This document shows, one piece after another, positions 42,527-54,523 of a stretch of DNA of 64,000 bases. The stretch's first letter is position 1. Every line of letters begins with the position of its first letter. The position numbers and the translations under genes were made by a program. The notes beneath the pieces were generated by a model. The model had not been told where the DNA came from. It did no database searches and was given only the letters and a program-made list of their open reading frames with translations. The stretch is from Lama glama (lineage: Eukaryota): assembly GCA_028534125.1 (NCBI GenBank), contig CM052817.1, positions 52,578,001 to 52,642,000 on the forward strand, in the 5' to 3' direction.

Positions 42527-44489
42527 ACTTCTTTATCCAGTCATCTGTTGATGGACATTTAGGTTGTTTCCACGTCTTGGCTATTGTAAATAATGCTACT
42601 GTGAACACTGAGGTGCATGTATCTTTTCAAATTACAGTTCCCTCCAGATATATGCCCAAGAGTGGGATTGCTGGATCATATGATAAGTCTATTTTTAGTT
42701 TTTTGAGGAATCTTTATACTGCTTTTCATAATGGCAGAACCAAACTACATTCCCACCAACAGTGTAGGAGCATTCCCTTTTCTCCACACCCTCTCCAGAA
42801 TTTATCATTTGTGGATTTTTGAATGATGGCCATTCTGGCTGGTGTGAGGTAATATTCCTCATTGCAGTTTTTATTTGCATTTTTCTGATAATTAGTGATA
42901 TTGAGCATTTTTCTGTGTACTTATTGGCCATTTGTATGTCTTCACTGGAGAATTACTTGTTTAGGTCTTCTGCCCATTTTTGGACTAGGTTGTTTTGTTA
43001 TTGTTGTTCTTGTTGATGTTGTTGTTGTTAAGCTGTATGAGCTATTTATATATTCTAGAAATTAAGCCCTTGTCAATTGCATCATTTGCAGATTTTTTCT
43101 CCCATTCCATAGGCTGACATTTTGTTTTGCTTATGGTTTTCTTTGCTTTGCAAAAGCTTATATGTTTAATTTGTTTAGTTTTGTTTTTATTTCTATTGCC
43201 TGGGTAGACTGCTCTAGAAGAACATTGCTAAGATCTATGTCAGAGAATGTTTTCTTCTAGGAGGTATATATTGTCTCATATTTAAGTCTTTAAGCCATTT
43301 TGAGTATATTTTTGTGTATTATGTGAGGTAATGTTCTAACTTCATTGATTTGCATGCAGCTGTACAGTTTTCCCAATACCACATGATGAAGACAGTATCT
43401 TTTCTCCATTGTATATTATTGCCTCCTTTGTTGAAGATTTATTGACCATAAGTCTGTGGGTTTACTTTTGGGCTCTGTATTCTGTTCCATTGACCCATAT
43501 GTCTGTTTTGGGCCAATATCACACTGTTTTGATTACTGTAGCTCTGTAGTATTGCCTGAAGTCTGGGAAGGTTATTCCTCCAGCACCATTCTTTTCTTTA
43601 GTATTGCTTTAGCAATTTTGGATCTTTTGTGATTCCTATAGATTTTAGGATTCTTTGTTCTAGTTTCTGAAAGTGTCATGGGTAATTTGATAGGGATTAC
43701 ATTGAATCTGTAGCTTGCTTTAGGTAGTATGGCCATTTTAACAATGTTAATTCTTCCAATCCAAGAGCATGGGATGTCTTTTTATTTCAAGTTGTCTTTA
43801 ATTTCTTTAATTTTTTTTGTAATTCTCAGCATGTAAGTCTTTCACTCCTTGGTCAGATTTATTTATAAGTATTTTATGTTTTTGGATGATATTTTAAAAA
43901 GGCTTGTTTATTTTTCTTTTCTAATATTTCATTGTTAGTGTAAAGAAATGCAACTCAATTTTGTATGTTAATTTTGTATCCTACTACCTTGTCAATTTCC
44001 TTTATCAGCTTTAGTAGTTTTTATGTGGAGCCTTTAGGGTTTTCTGTATATAGTGTAATGCCAAACCCATATAGTGACAATTTTACTTCTTCTCTTCCTA
44101 TTTGGGTGTTTTTTATTCCTTTTTTTTATCTGATTGCTGTGGCTAGGGCTTCCAATACTATGTTGAATAGAAGTGGTGAGAGTGGGCATCCTTGTCTCAT
44201 TCCAGATTTTAACAGAAAGACTCAGCTTTTTGCCATTGAGTATTATGCTGGCTGTGGGTTTGTCATAAATAACTCTTACTATGTTGAGATATGTTCCCTC
44301 TATACCCTCTTTGGTTACAACGTTTATCAAAAATGGCTGTTGAATTTTATTAAATCCTTTTTCTACATCTATTGAGGTGATCATGTGACTTTTGTCCTTT
44401 TGTTTGTTTGTTTATGTAGTGTATCAGGTTGATTGACTTGCATATGTTGAACCATCCTTGTGTCTCTAGGATGAATCCAACTTGATCAT

Positions 44490-45405
44490 TGTGGGTTCTG
44501 TTCACTGTGGGTTTTGTCCAGCAAAAGTCCCACTGCAGAAGAATGAAATTACTCAAGACTTTATTAAGACAAGGGAGTGAGAAGGAGCCAGAGACCAACT
44601 CCCTGAGCTCCTCCAAATCTGTTGTATTTGTTGAGAATAATCAGAGTCAAAGTAAAATACGTCATAGAGATGAGTAAGGAGCATGGTATACGTGCAGGAT
44701 TGCAGGTCAATAGTTTCAGTTTGTGAAAAACAGAAACATTATAATCTTAATTTATACTTAGAGAAGGTTACAATATTGATAGTACAAATGGTTATCTTAA
44801 GCCTCAAACAATCATGAGCAAGGTTACAGTGTTCTGAACAATTGTTAATGAAAAACCAGACCACCACAGAGTCTCCATACAATGATCAGAAATCATCTAA
44901 GCATGCAAAGCAGCCCAGCCGTTCCCAGCTAAGGGCTAACCCACAGTCTTCTGTGAGCAAGAGCAGCCTACACTATCCACCTATGTCTGAGGAGTGAAGT
45001 ACATCCTACAGGTTAGGGCAAGGGACGAGTTATGGTTTTCCATAAGTACAAGCAGCCCTGAATCTATGACCTTGAACTAATAAGCAAAGCAAACAAAACA
45101 TGTCTCTGCTTTTTATGGCAAGGAGACAGATTATCGCAGATTCCTGCTAGCAAAGCAGCTTCCAGGCAACTAAGCTAAGTTCCATAGATAAAGTGGTGAC
45201 TGGTATTGAGAGTTTAATCTTTTGTGCTTTTGGACATTTTGCTTTGAAGTAGAAGTATAATCACAAATATAGAAAGCATTGGTTTTGATTATACATTGCT
45301 TATGTGTTTACATTGAAGGTGAGAATACATAAAGGTGAGAATATGACTTGGTAAAAGCAATTATTACAATATCAAAGTTTGTTAACCCAAGTTTGCACTC
45401 CCACA
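44490..45405 (-). mobile_element. 916-bp solo LTR, probably class II (ERVK/betaretrovirus-like), inserted in L1 ORF2
   Basis: Termini TGTGGG...CCCACA. Flanks gatcat (44484-44489) and gatcag (45406-45411). Minus-strand AATAAA at 44560-44565. L1 sequence resumes across the insertion. Confidence 0.85.
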
Positions 45406-45904
45406 GATCAGAGTGTATGATCTTTTTTATATGTTGTTGGATTGTGTTTGCAAATATTTTGTTGCAAATTTTTGCATTTATGTTCATCATTGATATTGGC
45501 CTGCAATTTTCTATTATGGCAATATCTTTATCTGGTTTTGGTATCAGAGTGATGGTGGCTTCATAAAATAAGTTTGGGAGTATTCTCTCCTTTTCAATCT
45601 TTGGAAGAATTTGAGAAGGATTGGTATGAGATCTTTGTCTGTTTGGTAGACTTCCCCAGTGAACCATTGGATCCTGGACTTTTGTTTGCAGGGAGGTTTT
45701 TTATTGCTGATTGTATTTCACTTCTTGTGACCAGTCTGTTCAAATGATCTCTTTCTTTTTGATTCAGTTTTGGTGGACTATATATTTCTAGAAACTTGTC
45801 TATTTCTTCTAGGTTGTTTAGTTTTTTGCCATATATTTGTTAATAGTATTCTCTTACAGGTTTTTTTTTTTTTTGTATTTCTGTGGTGTTGGTTGCATTT
45901 CTCC

Positions 45905-46002
45905 ATTTTCCTTTTCTCTTTCTTTCTTTCTTTCCTTCTTTCTTTCATTCTTTTTTTCTTTTTTTTCCTCTGTTTGTTTTGTTTTGTTTTGTTTTTTGTT
46001 TA
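45905..46002. repeat. T-rich simple repeat (TTTC/TTTTG) expanded within L1
   Basis: ttctttctttctttcc...gttttgttttgtttttg, read directly. Confidence 0.85.
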
Positions 46003-47149
46003 TTTGTGTGCTCTGTTGTTTCTTCTTGGTGAGCCTGGCCAGAGGTTTGTTGATTTTGTTTACTCTTTCCAAAAAAACAGCTCTTGTCTTGATTTCTTTT
46101 TTCTTTTTTTTTTTTTTAATCTCTTATTTATTTCCTCCCTGATCTTTATTATTTCCTTCCTTCTGATGACTTTAGGTTTTGTGTGTTCTTCTTTTTCTAA
46201 TTCTTTTAGGTGATAAGTTAGATTGTTTACTTGAGATTGTTCTTGTTTTTTGAGGAAGGCCTGTATGGCTATGAACTTCCCTTTTAGGACTGCGTTTGCT
46301 GCAGTCCATAGATTTTGTTTGGTTGTGTTTTCATTGTCGTTTGTCTCAAGGTATTTTCAAATTTCTTCTTTGATTTCATCGTTGACCCATTGGTAGCATA
46401 TTGTTTAGTCTCCATACTGGCTTTTTCTTCTCATTTTTTTCCCCCTCTGTTTGATTTCTAGCTTCATGCCATTATGGTCAGAATAGTTGCTTGAAATAAT
46501 TTCTATCCTCTTAAATTTGTTGAGGCTTCTTTTGTGTTTGAGTATGTGATCAATCTTAGAGAAGGTTCCAGGTTCCATGTGCACTTGAAAAAAATGTATA
46601 TTCTGTTTTAGGAGGATGTTATTCCTAAAAATATCAACTAAGTCCAATTGTCCTGTTGTGTCATTTAGTATCGCCTTATTGATTTGCTGTCTGGAAGATC
46701 TGTCCAATGATATTAGTGGAGTGTTAAAGTATGCCAGGATTATTGTGGTCCCATCAATTTCTCCCTTTATGTGTGTTAGTGTTTGTTTTATATATTTAGG
46801 TGTTCCTATATTGGGTACACATATGTTAATTAGTGTAATATCCCCTTCTTGTATTGCTCCTTTAATCATTATTATATAATCCTTATTTACCTTTCTCTGT
46901 AGCCTTTGTTTTAAAGTCTATTTTGTTTGAGTATTGCTATTCGCACTTTCTTGTCATTTCTATGTGCATGAAATATCTTTTTCTATCCTCTCACACATCC
47001 TAAGAAGAATGAAAAAAAACTACATTTTCTTGCTCCCCTCTCCCACATTTTATGATTTTGTTGTCCTCTTTTATGTCTTCGTGTTTATTCTGTTATAGCT
47101 CATTGTAGCTGTCACATATCCAATTACAGTTTTTTCTTTTCTATAGCTT

Positions 47150-47879
47150 CCTGCTTTTCTATTTAGAGAAGGCCCTTTCAGTATTTCTTTTAGTATAGCT
47201 TTAGTGTTGCTGAATTCTTTTAGTTTTTGCTTGTCTGTGAAACTGTTTATCTCTCCTTCTATTCTAAAAATAGCCTTGCTGGGTAGAGTATACCTAGGAA
47301 GATTGTAGATTTTTCTCATTCAGGACTTTAAATATATCTTGCCACTCTTTTCTGGCCAGCAGTATTTATGTAGAGAAATCAGCTGAAAGCCTAATGGGGT
47401 TTCCTTGTAACTAATTCTTTGTTTTTCTCTTTCTGCCTTTAGAATTTTTTCTTTAACCTTGGCCATCTTAATTATAATATGTCTTGGTGTAGGTCTGTTT
47501 GAGTTCATTTTGTTTGGGACCTTCTGTGGTTCCTGTACTTGGGTATCTGTTTTCTTCTTTAGGTTTGGGAAATTTTCAGTCATGATTTCTTCAAATACTT
47601 TTACTATCCCCTTTTCTCTTTCTCCTCCTTCTGGGATCCCTATTATGTGTAGATGGGCATGTTTTATATTATCCCATAGATCCCTTATGTTGCTTTCTTT
47701 GGTTTTCATTTGTTTTTCTGTCTGCTTTTCTTACTGGGTGACTTGTCTTATCCTCTCTTCTAAATCACTTATTCATTCATCTGTGTTATTTAGTCTGCTT
47801 TTGACTGCCTTTATGTTGGCTTTTAATTCAGCCGTTGAATTTCCTGATTTTAATTGGCTTTTCTTTATAGTTTCTATTT
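47150..47879 (-). pseudogene. L1 ORF1 (C-terminal two-thirds), frameshifted
   Basis: 47320..47709 NIRDLWDNIKHAHLHIIGIPEG..ENFPNL..RPTPRHIIIK and 47071..47319 FRIEGEINSFTDKQKLKEF. Confidence 0.93.
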
Positions 47880-48379
47880 NNNNNNNNNNNNNNNNNNNNN
47901 NNNNNNNNNNNNNNNNNNNNNNNNNNNNNNNNNNNNNNNNNNNNNNNNNNNNNNNNNNNNNNNNNNNNNNNNNNNNNNNNNNNNNNNNNNNNNNNNNNNN
48001 NNNNNNNNNNNNNNNNNNNNNNNNNNNNNNNNNNNNNNNNNNNNNNNNNNNNNNNNNNNNNNNNNNNNNNNNNNNNNNNNNNNNNNNNNNNNNNNNNNNN
48101 NNNNNNNNNNNNNNNNNNNNNNNNNNNNNNNNNNNNNNNNNNNNNNNNNNNNNNNNNNNNNNNNNNNNNNNNNNNNNNNNNNNNNNNNNNNNNNNNNNNN
48201 NNNNNNNNNNNNNNNNNNNNNNNNNNNNNNNNNNNNNNNNNNNNNNNNNNNNNNNNNNNNNNNNNNNNNNNNNNNNNNNNNNNNNNNNNNNNNNNNNNNN
48301 NNNNNNNNNNNNNNNNNNNNNNNNNNNNNNNNNNNNNNNNNNNNNNNNNNNNNNNNNNNNNNNNNNNNNNNNNNNNNNN
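47880..48379. other. Assembly gap of exactly 500 N
   Basis: N run from 47880 to 48379. Confidence 1.
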
Positions 48380-48783
48380 ATGTATTACGCCGGCGGGCTC
48401 AGAGGGGCTTCTGCTCCGAAGCTCTGAGCACCTCCAAGACGTGCGCATGAGATTTTATAGGGTAAAGTACAAGCTTGGGGTATTAGGCTAGTAGGCATGG
48501 AACAGCTTTAGCAGCATTATCATCACAAAAGTGGAGGCGGGGAGGCAGCAAACCAACATTCCAAAGCCAGATATGCATCTTTCAAAACCCAACTGGCTAG
48601 CAAAAAAACATAAACAGCAAACCAACACTAATTAACTTAGATTTACAAGTTAGTCTAGCAGAACTCAGATCAGTATTCCAATACTTAGATTTGTGAGTTA
48701 TCTTGTTAGACCAGCCCAGCCTCTCCTTCACATTCCTAGACTTAAGAGTTATCTTGTCAGACCAGCCCGGTTTTTCCTTCACA
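48380..48783 (-). mobile_element. Partial ERV LTR (U3 and R), truncated by the gap
   Basis: Minus strand begins TGTGAAGG. TATA box CTATAAAA in 48452-48460, tandem U3 repeats and retained CpGs. Confidence 0.8.
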
Positions 48784-51491
48784 AGAGCTCCTTTTAGTAA
48801 AAGATAATTTGAAAATTTAACAAGTATTCATTATGTTGTATTTTAAGATTTTAAACAGAACACATCAAAATGAAATTATATTTTATATGATATTCTGTAT
48901 GATAATCAAAAATGTCTATAATAATAATACTTAATATTTAAGTATTCTGTGTTTTGTTTTCTCTTTGAAATTTTGGAATTTAAAGTTGGTTAAAACTGAA
49001 TGCAACAATTTGGTGTCATTTACAATAATATTGCTATTTTAATGCAGAAGCCTTAAGTGACACTAAAGATGTGGAATTCATGTAAGCAGAAAACTAAAAT
49101 TAGAATTTATTTTATTAATGAAATCTCTCTGTGTGATACCATATTAATGTGGAAGAACTTACAAATATCAATAGCAATTTAAAAATAGCAAAATTTTTAA
49201 AGTAACAAAATCATTTAAAATTTTTCCTTAAAGATACTTTTGTGGTTTTGAAAGTTTAAGAATATTTTATTATTAAAGATTTAAATAATCAATATATAGC
49301 ATATTGGTACCTATGTAAAGTGTTCATAAATATGTATGCATGTACATATATAATATGTATGTTGTAGTTTTATATATTTTTATATATATATATATAATAT
49401 ATAAAATTATATATAAATTGCAGAATCCAGGAAGAAATCCTTTTTAATCTGGTTTCTTGGGATTTATGAACGTTCTTCAGGAATTCTGATAAAATCTTTA
49501 TACTTGTATACATATACTTCTGTGCAATGTTTTCCTTTGGAGAGAATAGTCTATTTCATCAGTTTGCTATATATCCATTACCAAATAAGGCTCGAAACCA
49601 TTATTTGTAATAATAGAAATTCTAACTTTTCATACCTCATACTGGAAAACTGGAAAAATGAAATCAGTTTGGATTTGTCTTTATAACCTACTGCCATTAG
49701 GCACTTTTCTTTATTCTAATTTGTTTTTTGCCAAAAGAGCTTTGGGCTGCTTTGGGGTGTCATATTTAGTGTATGTATTTATCTGTATAGCTTTAAGCTG
49801 TGAAAACAAACAAAAGATCTGGAGTGTTAAAGGCCAGAGTCAGAAAGAATTTGGCACATCAAATGACTGTGAAACATAGGACCCTGTCTCCTCCGAGTCT
49901 ACATTTTTATAGCCTATAATTATTTCATATGGTTAGTAAAACAGTTATATTTTGCTAGAATATCATTTTTTACAGCTGGAAAAATAAAAACAATAAAAAA
50001 ATTATAGTATATTTAAAGTAGATATGTTTAATTCTTGCAAACAAGTTGTAGTATTGATTAAAAGCAAACAAAATGTTTCTGCTTAAAATCATTATTTGAA
50101 ACCATCTTAATTCTCATGCTATTGGCAGTAGAGTATGTTATTATCCTTACATGGGGCAGAGACCTTTTCAGTACTTATAAATTTAAGAGAGGTAATGCCA
50201 GAGTGATATTTCACAAAATGTGCTGCCTCAGGGGAGTCTGATCATATTTCATATTCAGTAGCAACACTGAATATTCTAATCACCAACACTTCCAAACCAC
50301 TATCAAGATATTCTGTCATCCATTTCACTAGCAGTTTGTGCTTTTACTCCCTGTTCTTCACACTTTCATCTACTCTTTCTCTGTCTCATTACAAATGGTA
50401 ACAAATTTTAGCTTACTTACAAGTTTTATAAAAACCCACCTTCAATATCAATAATCTAAACAATTTTAGTTGAGATGGAGATCATTGGGATTTGGGCAAT
50501 TTACCTTTATAGATGAGTTATAACATCACAATAATTTTCTTAAATATTTACTTTTTTCACAACTAGGACTATGTAGGTGCCTGTTCTGCTTTGCCTGATA
50601 AAATGGTGAATTTTACCACATGCCATATTAGATGCACTGTACAATGAAATGATAGAAATGATAAACGTATCTGATAATAATGTTACAGAGAATGCTGCTC
50701 TAGGTTTGTTTTTCCCAAATATGTGATAACCACAAACATGATTTAGTTATAAATAATAATGTATTAGTACTCTCTTCTTCTGAGGCTGATAAAATGTATG
50801 CAAATACTATCTGTTTTTCTATTTAATGTGAAGTAATTAAATCATTCTTATGTGTGAAAAGTATAAATATATAAGGAGAAACTTTCCTTTAGATATTCCT
50901 TTTGCCATGTACCCAGAGTTTATACATGTAAGATTGTCACTCTCATTAGGTTTGGACATGTTGTAATTACTATTATTCTACTTTGACTCTGGATATTTAG
51001 AATTTAGATATATAGAATGTGTTTTTTTTAACTTGATGAGATTTACTATATAAAATTTAGGTCACCTTTCGTAAATAACCCATACGTATTTAATTAAAAA
51101 AAATTGTACTTTGTAGTTGTTAGGTACAGTGATACACAAGCATCAGTTGTAAGCTGTTTACTATGTGGTTAAAATCTCTTATTATTTGCCAATTTGTAAG
51201 GGGAAGTATGCTGTATATGCATTTTATTTTTCGGTTCTTGTTAGTTTATTTAATACGTGACTTTAATAAAAAGTATTACAGTAAGTAAAGATGGAAGCTA
51301 ACTTTATTATATTGAGAAGGAAAGTAAGAAGAATTGAGGAAATTTAGATATTTAAGAAGAAAAAACAGAAAGGTAGCCTCCACTTATTTCTTTTTTCAGT
51401 TACAAATTTTGATTTTTTACCCTAAATTTCTAATGAAATTGCAAATATTCAACATATATTAGCTCTGTTACAATTTTGTGTACCTCAAACG

Positions 51492-51982
51492 TGTGAACAA
51501 AAAATACTGCAAACCATATCAGTAAACAAAGAATGCTGAAACCAAGTCATCACCGGGTGCTGCCCCCCCCACCGCCCACCACGCCCCGTGAAGACAAGCC
51601 TGCAGCCCAGCCTCTGCAGCCACTCACAATGGTGCACTCTGAGCGGACTCAGAACAATAAAGGACAAGATAATGGCCCTGGGCAGATAGATGGCTGTCAA
51701 AGGGATGAATTCAATGAGCCCAAATGTTTGCTTCCTCCCATACAAAGAAAAGCACTAAATTCTTTAACCTGAGATGCCTGGTTTTCTTTAGATAACAAGT
51801 AATCTTTTATTGTTCCAACTACCTCAACTTTGTTGTAAAGCTCTTGTATATCCTAGCCCCTCCCCTACCTCTTCGGAGCAGTCCCTCAGAGCAATCTGAG
51901 AGGCTGTCACCCTGGCTGGAATCTTCCTGCCAAATAAAACATAACCCTCAACTTTTAGGCTGCACATTTATTTCAGTTGGCA
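51492..51982 (+). mobile_element. ERV1-class solo LTR (491 bp), 4-bp TSD AACG
   Basis: TG...CA termini. aacg at both 51488-51491 and 51983-51986. AATAAA at 51933-51938. Confidence 0.9.
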
Positions 51983-53249
51983 AACGTAAACTCAAATGTA
52001 CTGAAACAGAAATAGCTATATTTTGTATTGTTTCTCTGAATATACCCAATGATAACAATTAGCTAATGATATTAATTAATGGACTGCAAATATTATATGA
52101 AGAAATTTTACAAAAGGATCACGCTCTTTACTTAAAGAAACTCAACCATGATTTAACTTTAAAACAGGCAACACTCTCATTCTTGAGCTTTTTTTTTTAA
52201 CAATTACACATATAAATATTTATATGGTATTCTCCACAATAGGTGTAATCTTAGAGAAAATATGTTTATCAGAATATAACTGTTAGGTGAGTAAAGGTCA
52301 TATAGTTATTGAAAGTGAAAAATCCATATGCTCCCAGAGGTGTTTGTGTTGCTGTGACCATTGTGTTTGAAACAATGAGTTTTTTTGGTTTGTATTATTA
52401 CCACTTTGGTAATATTTGTAAGTTATTTTTTAATTAAATATTTTTTCTTAGAATCAAATTAATCATTGGGCCACAGGAACATTTGATGATGTTAGTCTAA
52501 ATAATAAAATACACACTTGACAATAAATATGAAAAGTAACAATTACACATATTCCTAGAATGGTTATTTGAAATGTTAGAGCTTTTGCTTTAATATTATA
52601 GATGAAGGATTAACAAAAATACAATCTCATACTGTTTTTCTCCTTTTTTGTTATGCTGCCACTCTATTACCAATGTATATATGATACTTGCTTTATATAC
52701 GTTATCTCCTATCCTTACTCAAAATATTATTTGCCTCTTTAATTTTAAATTTTAGCGTATTGATCTTTGCACATATTGCAATATGATGACTTTTTCTAGC
52801 CCAAGAATAAAACTCAAATTTATCTGAAGATTAAAAAACAAGTAAGCAAACAAAACTTGGGCATTTTTTTAACTGAAAATTAATGGTTAAATATTTCTAA
52901 AAATTGTCAAACTACTGATTTGAAAGATTTTTTTTTTTCAGTTAAGTTTTACAAAGTCAATGTTCTCAAGTTTTACAGTCTCCATAACAAATTTGAAAGA
53001 AACATGCTGTAAGTATGGTCCATCTTTTAGGACACATTTAGAAACCTGAATTAACTGACTGAAACAATAACTCAATATTTCCTTAAGTATCACAAATTTA
53101 ATTGTATATATTAGTTTCTGTTTTATATTTTGGGCTAGAGTGCCTTTTAAAAATATTATATATATGGAATTGTAATAAGAGGTTTTAATATAATTACCTC
53201 AATCCCTTATTAAGTCTGCATAATGTCTTTATTAAGAACATATATTTTT

Positions 53250-53470
53250 GAGTCCAATGGGCTGTTTCAAGCTGCAGCTTAGGTACTTACTAAGTGTGTG
53301 ATATTAAGCACATTATCTTACCTCTCATGTGTGAGCTTTTGATCTGCAAAATAAGGTTATTCAGAATGTGAATGTGAACTGAAAGATTTAACTACTCTTA
53401 GGGATTTGTGAGGCAATCCCTTGTAAATCACTTAGAACTAGTTTCGAGGTAACTTGTAAATCATCAGCAC
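53250..53470 (+). mobile_element. MIR remnant
   Basis: acttactaagtgtgtgatattaagcac...atctgcaaaataagg...tgtaaatcacttagaac resembles the MIR core. Confidence 0.6.
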
Positions 53471-53814
53471 TTTATGTGCTATCCCTAATCATACACTAGT
53501 TTTACTGTAAGTCCAGGGGCCTGGGCCTTCCTTTAGAGATATGCTAGGCATTAATTATCTACTTTCAAAATAAAATAATAAAAATAAAAGAGACAAAATA
53601 CAAAACTGGTACTTTTCTTTAATGTAATATGTGAAATGAGACTCAGGAAATCTCTTTGCTTCTTTTTCTGAATTGCAACAGTTTGAAATTGGCATTGTCG
53701 CTAAAAGTGTTATCTATCTGACTTGCTAAGGTATTCAAATATAATTTCATTATAATTAGCATATTGTGAGGAAATATATTTCTAGACTATTAGGAAGAAA
53801 AAGATCAATGTCTA

Positions 53815-53900
53815 GTTTCATTACTTCATGAACTTAATTAACAAACACTTAATATGAGCTTCCCATTTGCTAGGTAGTATGTTAAGTGCTAAAGATACTA
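53815..53900 (-). mobile_element. L2 3' end, interrupted by the following LTR
   Basis: ttaacaaacactta...gctaggtagtatgttaagtgctaaagatac. Confidence 0.55.
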
Positions 53901-54523
53901 TGAGCCAGGATGGAAGGGGGCAGGGCAAAGCCATTCAAGGAATGCCACAGCAATTAACATCAAAATGGTGAAAGATTCAACCCCCAGTAGGCCTTGAGGA
54001 TCAGGATGATGAGAGATCTAACTTCTAGTAGATCTTGAGCTTCATTATATGCTCATTGTAATATATTAACATGGTGAATAACATGCCCACAGGCACCATG
54101 ACAGTCCCAAGGCTAGCCACAAAAGGTCAAAGAGTGGGAAATGGCCAACTTCCTGGGAATCCCAGCCCCTTCCCCAGGCTGCTTAACTGGTAACTTCCAC
54201 TTATTAGCATATGAAGTCACCAAGCCCATAAAAACTAGCAACATGGCGCCTCAAGGTGGCCTCTCTTTAGAGATGGCCTGCACTCTGTCTATGGAGTGTG
54301 TACCTACTTTTAATCTGAGCACCCAACCCCCAAACCTCGTGGCCTTTCTCTTGCCTTTCAATGTATCTCTCTGAATAAATCTACCTTCACTCAACTGTGG
54401 CTCGCTCTTGAATTCTTTCCTGCGTGAAGCCAAGAACCCACACTTGGTGGGGCACGTCCCAGGGGCTCAACCGAGACCTGGGACACAGCCCTCCTTATGC
54501 CCCACATCTGTTTTCCTGCATCA
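53901..54523 (+). mobile_element. MER41-like ERV1 solo LTR (623 bp)
   Basis: TG...CA termini. Flanks acta and actt (3/4 match). caccatgacagt, ttagcatat, cataaaaa, cactctgtctatggagt, AATAAA at 54374-54379, gaattctttcctgcgtgaagccaagaaccc. Confidence 0.88.

Larger units (their letters stand above)
42330..46994 (-). pseudogene. L1 ORF2 (endonuclease/reverse transcriptase), disrupted
   Basis: Fragments in several frames (46405..46869, 45308..45667, 44034..44384, 42695..42931, 42408..42608) with stops, frameshifts and an LTR insertion. Confidence 0.95.
41985..47879 (-). mobile_element. Long inactive LINE-1 of cetartiodactyl/camelid type; 5' end lost in the gap
   Basis: Colinear ORF1 (LWDNIK...RPTPRHII), endonuclease (SKIDH, SDHN), [22 protein letters not shown], and C-terminal [20 protein letters not shown] pieces. 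3'UTR and T-tract start at ~41985. Confidence 0.97.

Noticed and set aside
42408..42822. His-Thr and Cys-Val repeat proteins (also ORFs at 1943 and 21744)
   Set aside because: They are translations of (CA)/(TG) microsatellites.
44350..44677. Chimeric LTR/L1 ORFs or an LTR-encoded accessory gene
   Set aside because: Short frames crossing the insertion junction; the track shows no long ORF inside the LTR.
45770..46213. Hydrophobic Phe/Leu-rich membrane-like ORFs
   Set aside because: They come from T-rich antisense L1 plus a simple repeat.
47459..48450. The longest ORFs in the track (322, 206 and 198 aa)
   Set aside because: They are artefacts of reading through the N gap; the real part is antisense L1 ORF1 or LTR sequence.
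48597..48782. 61-aa ORF with an internal GWS.KIT repeat; array superficially CRISPR-like
   Set aside because: It reflects the LTR U3 tandem repeat. There are no unique spacers or cas genes, and the DNA is mammalian.
51485..52062. GC-rich ORFs suggesting an exon or CpG island
   Set aside because: They lie essentially within a TSD-flanked solo LTR.
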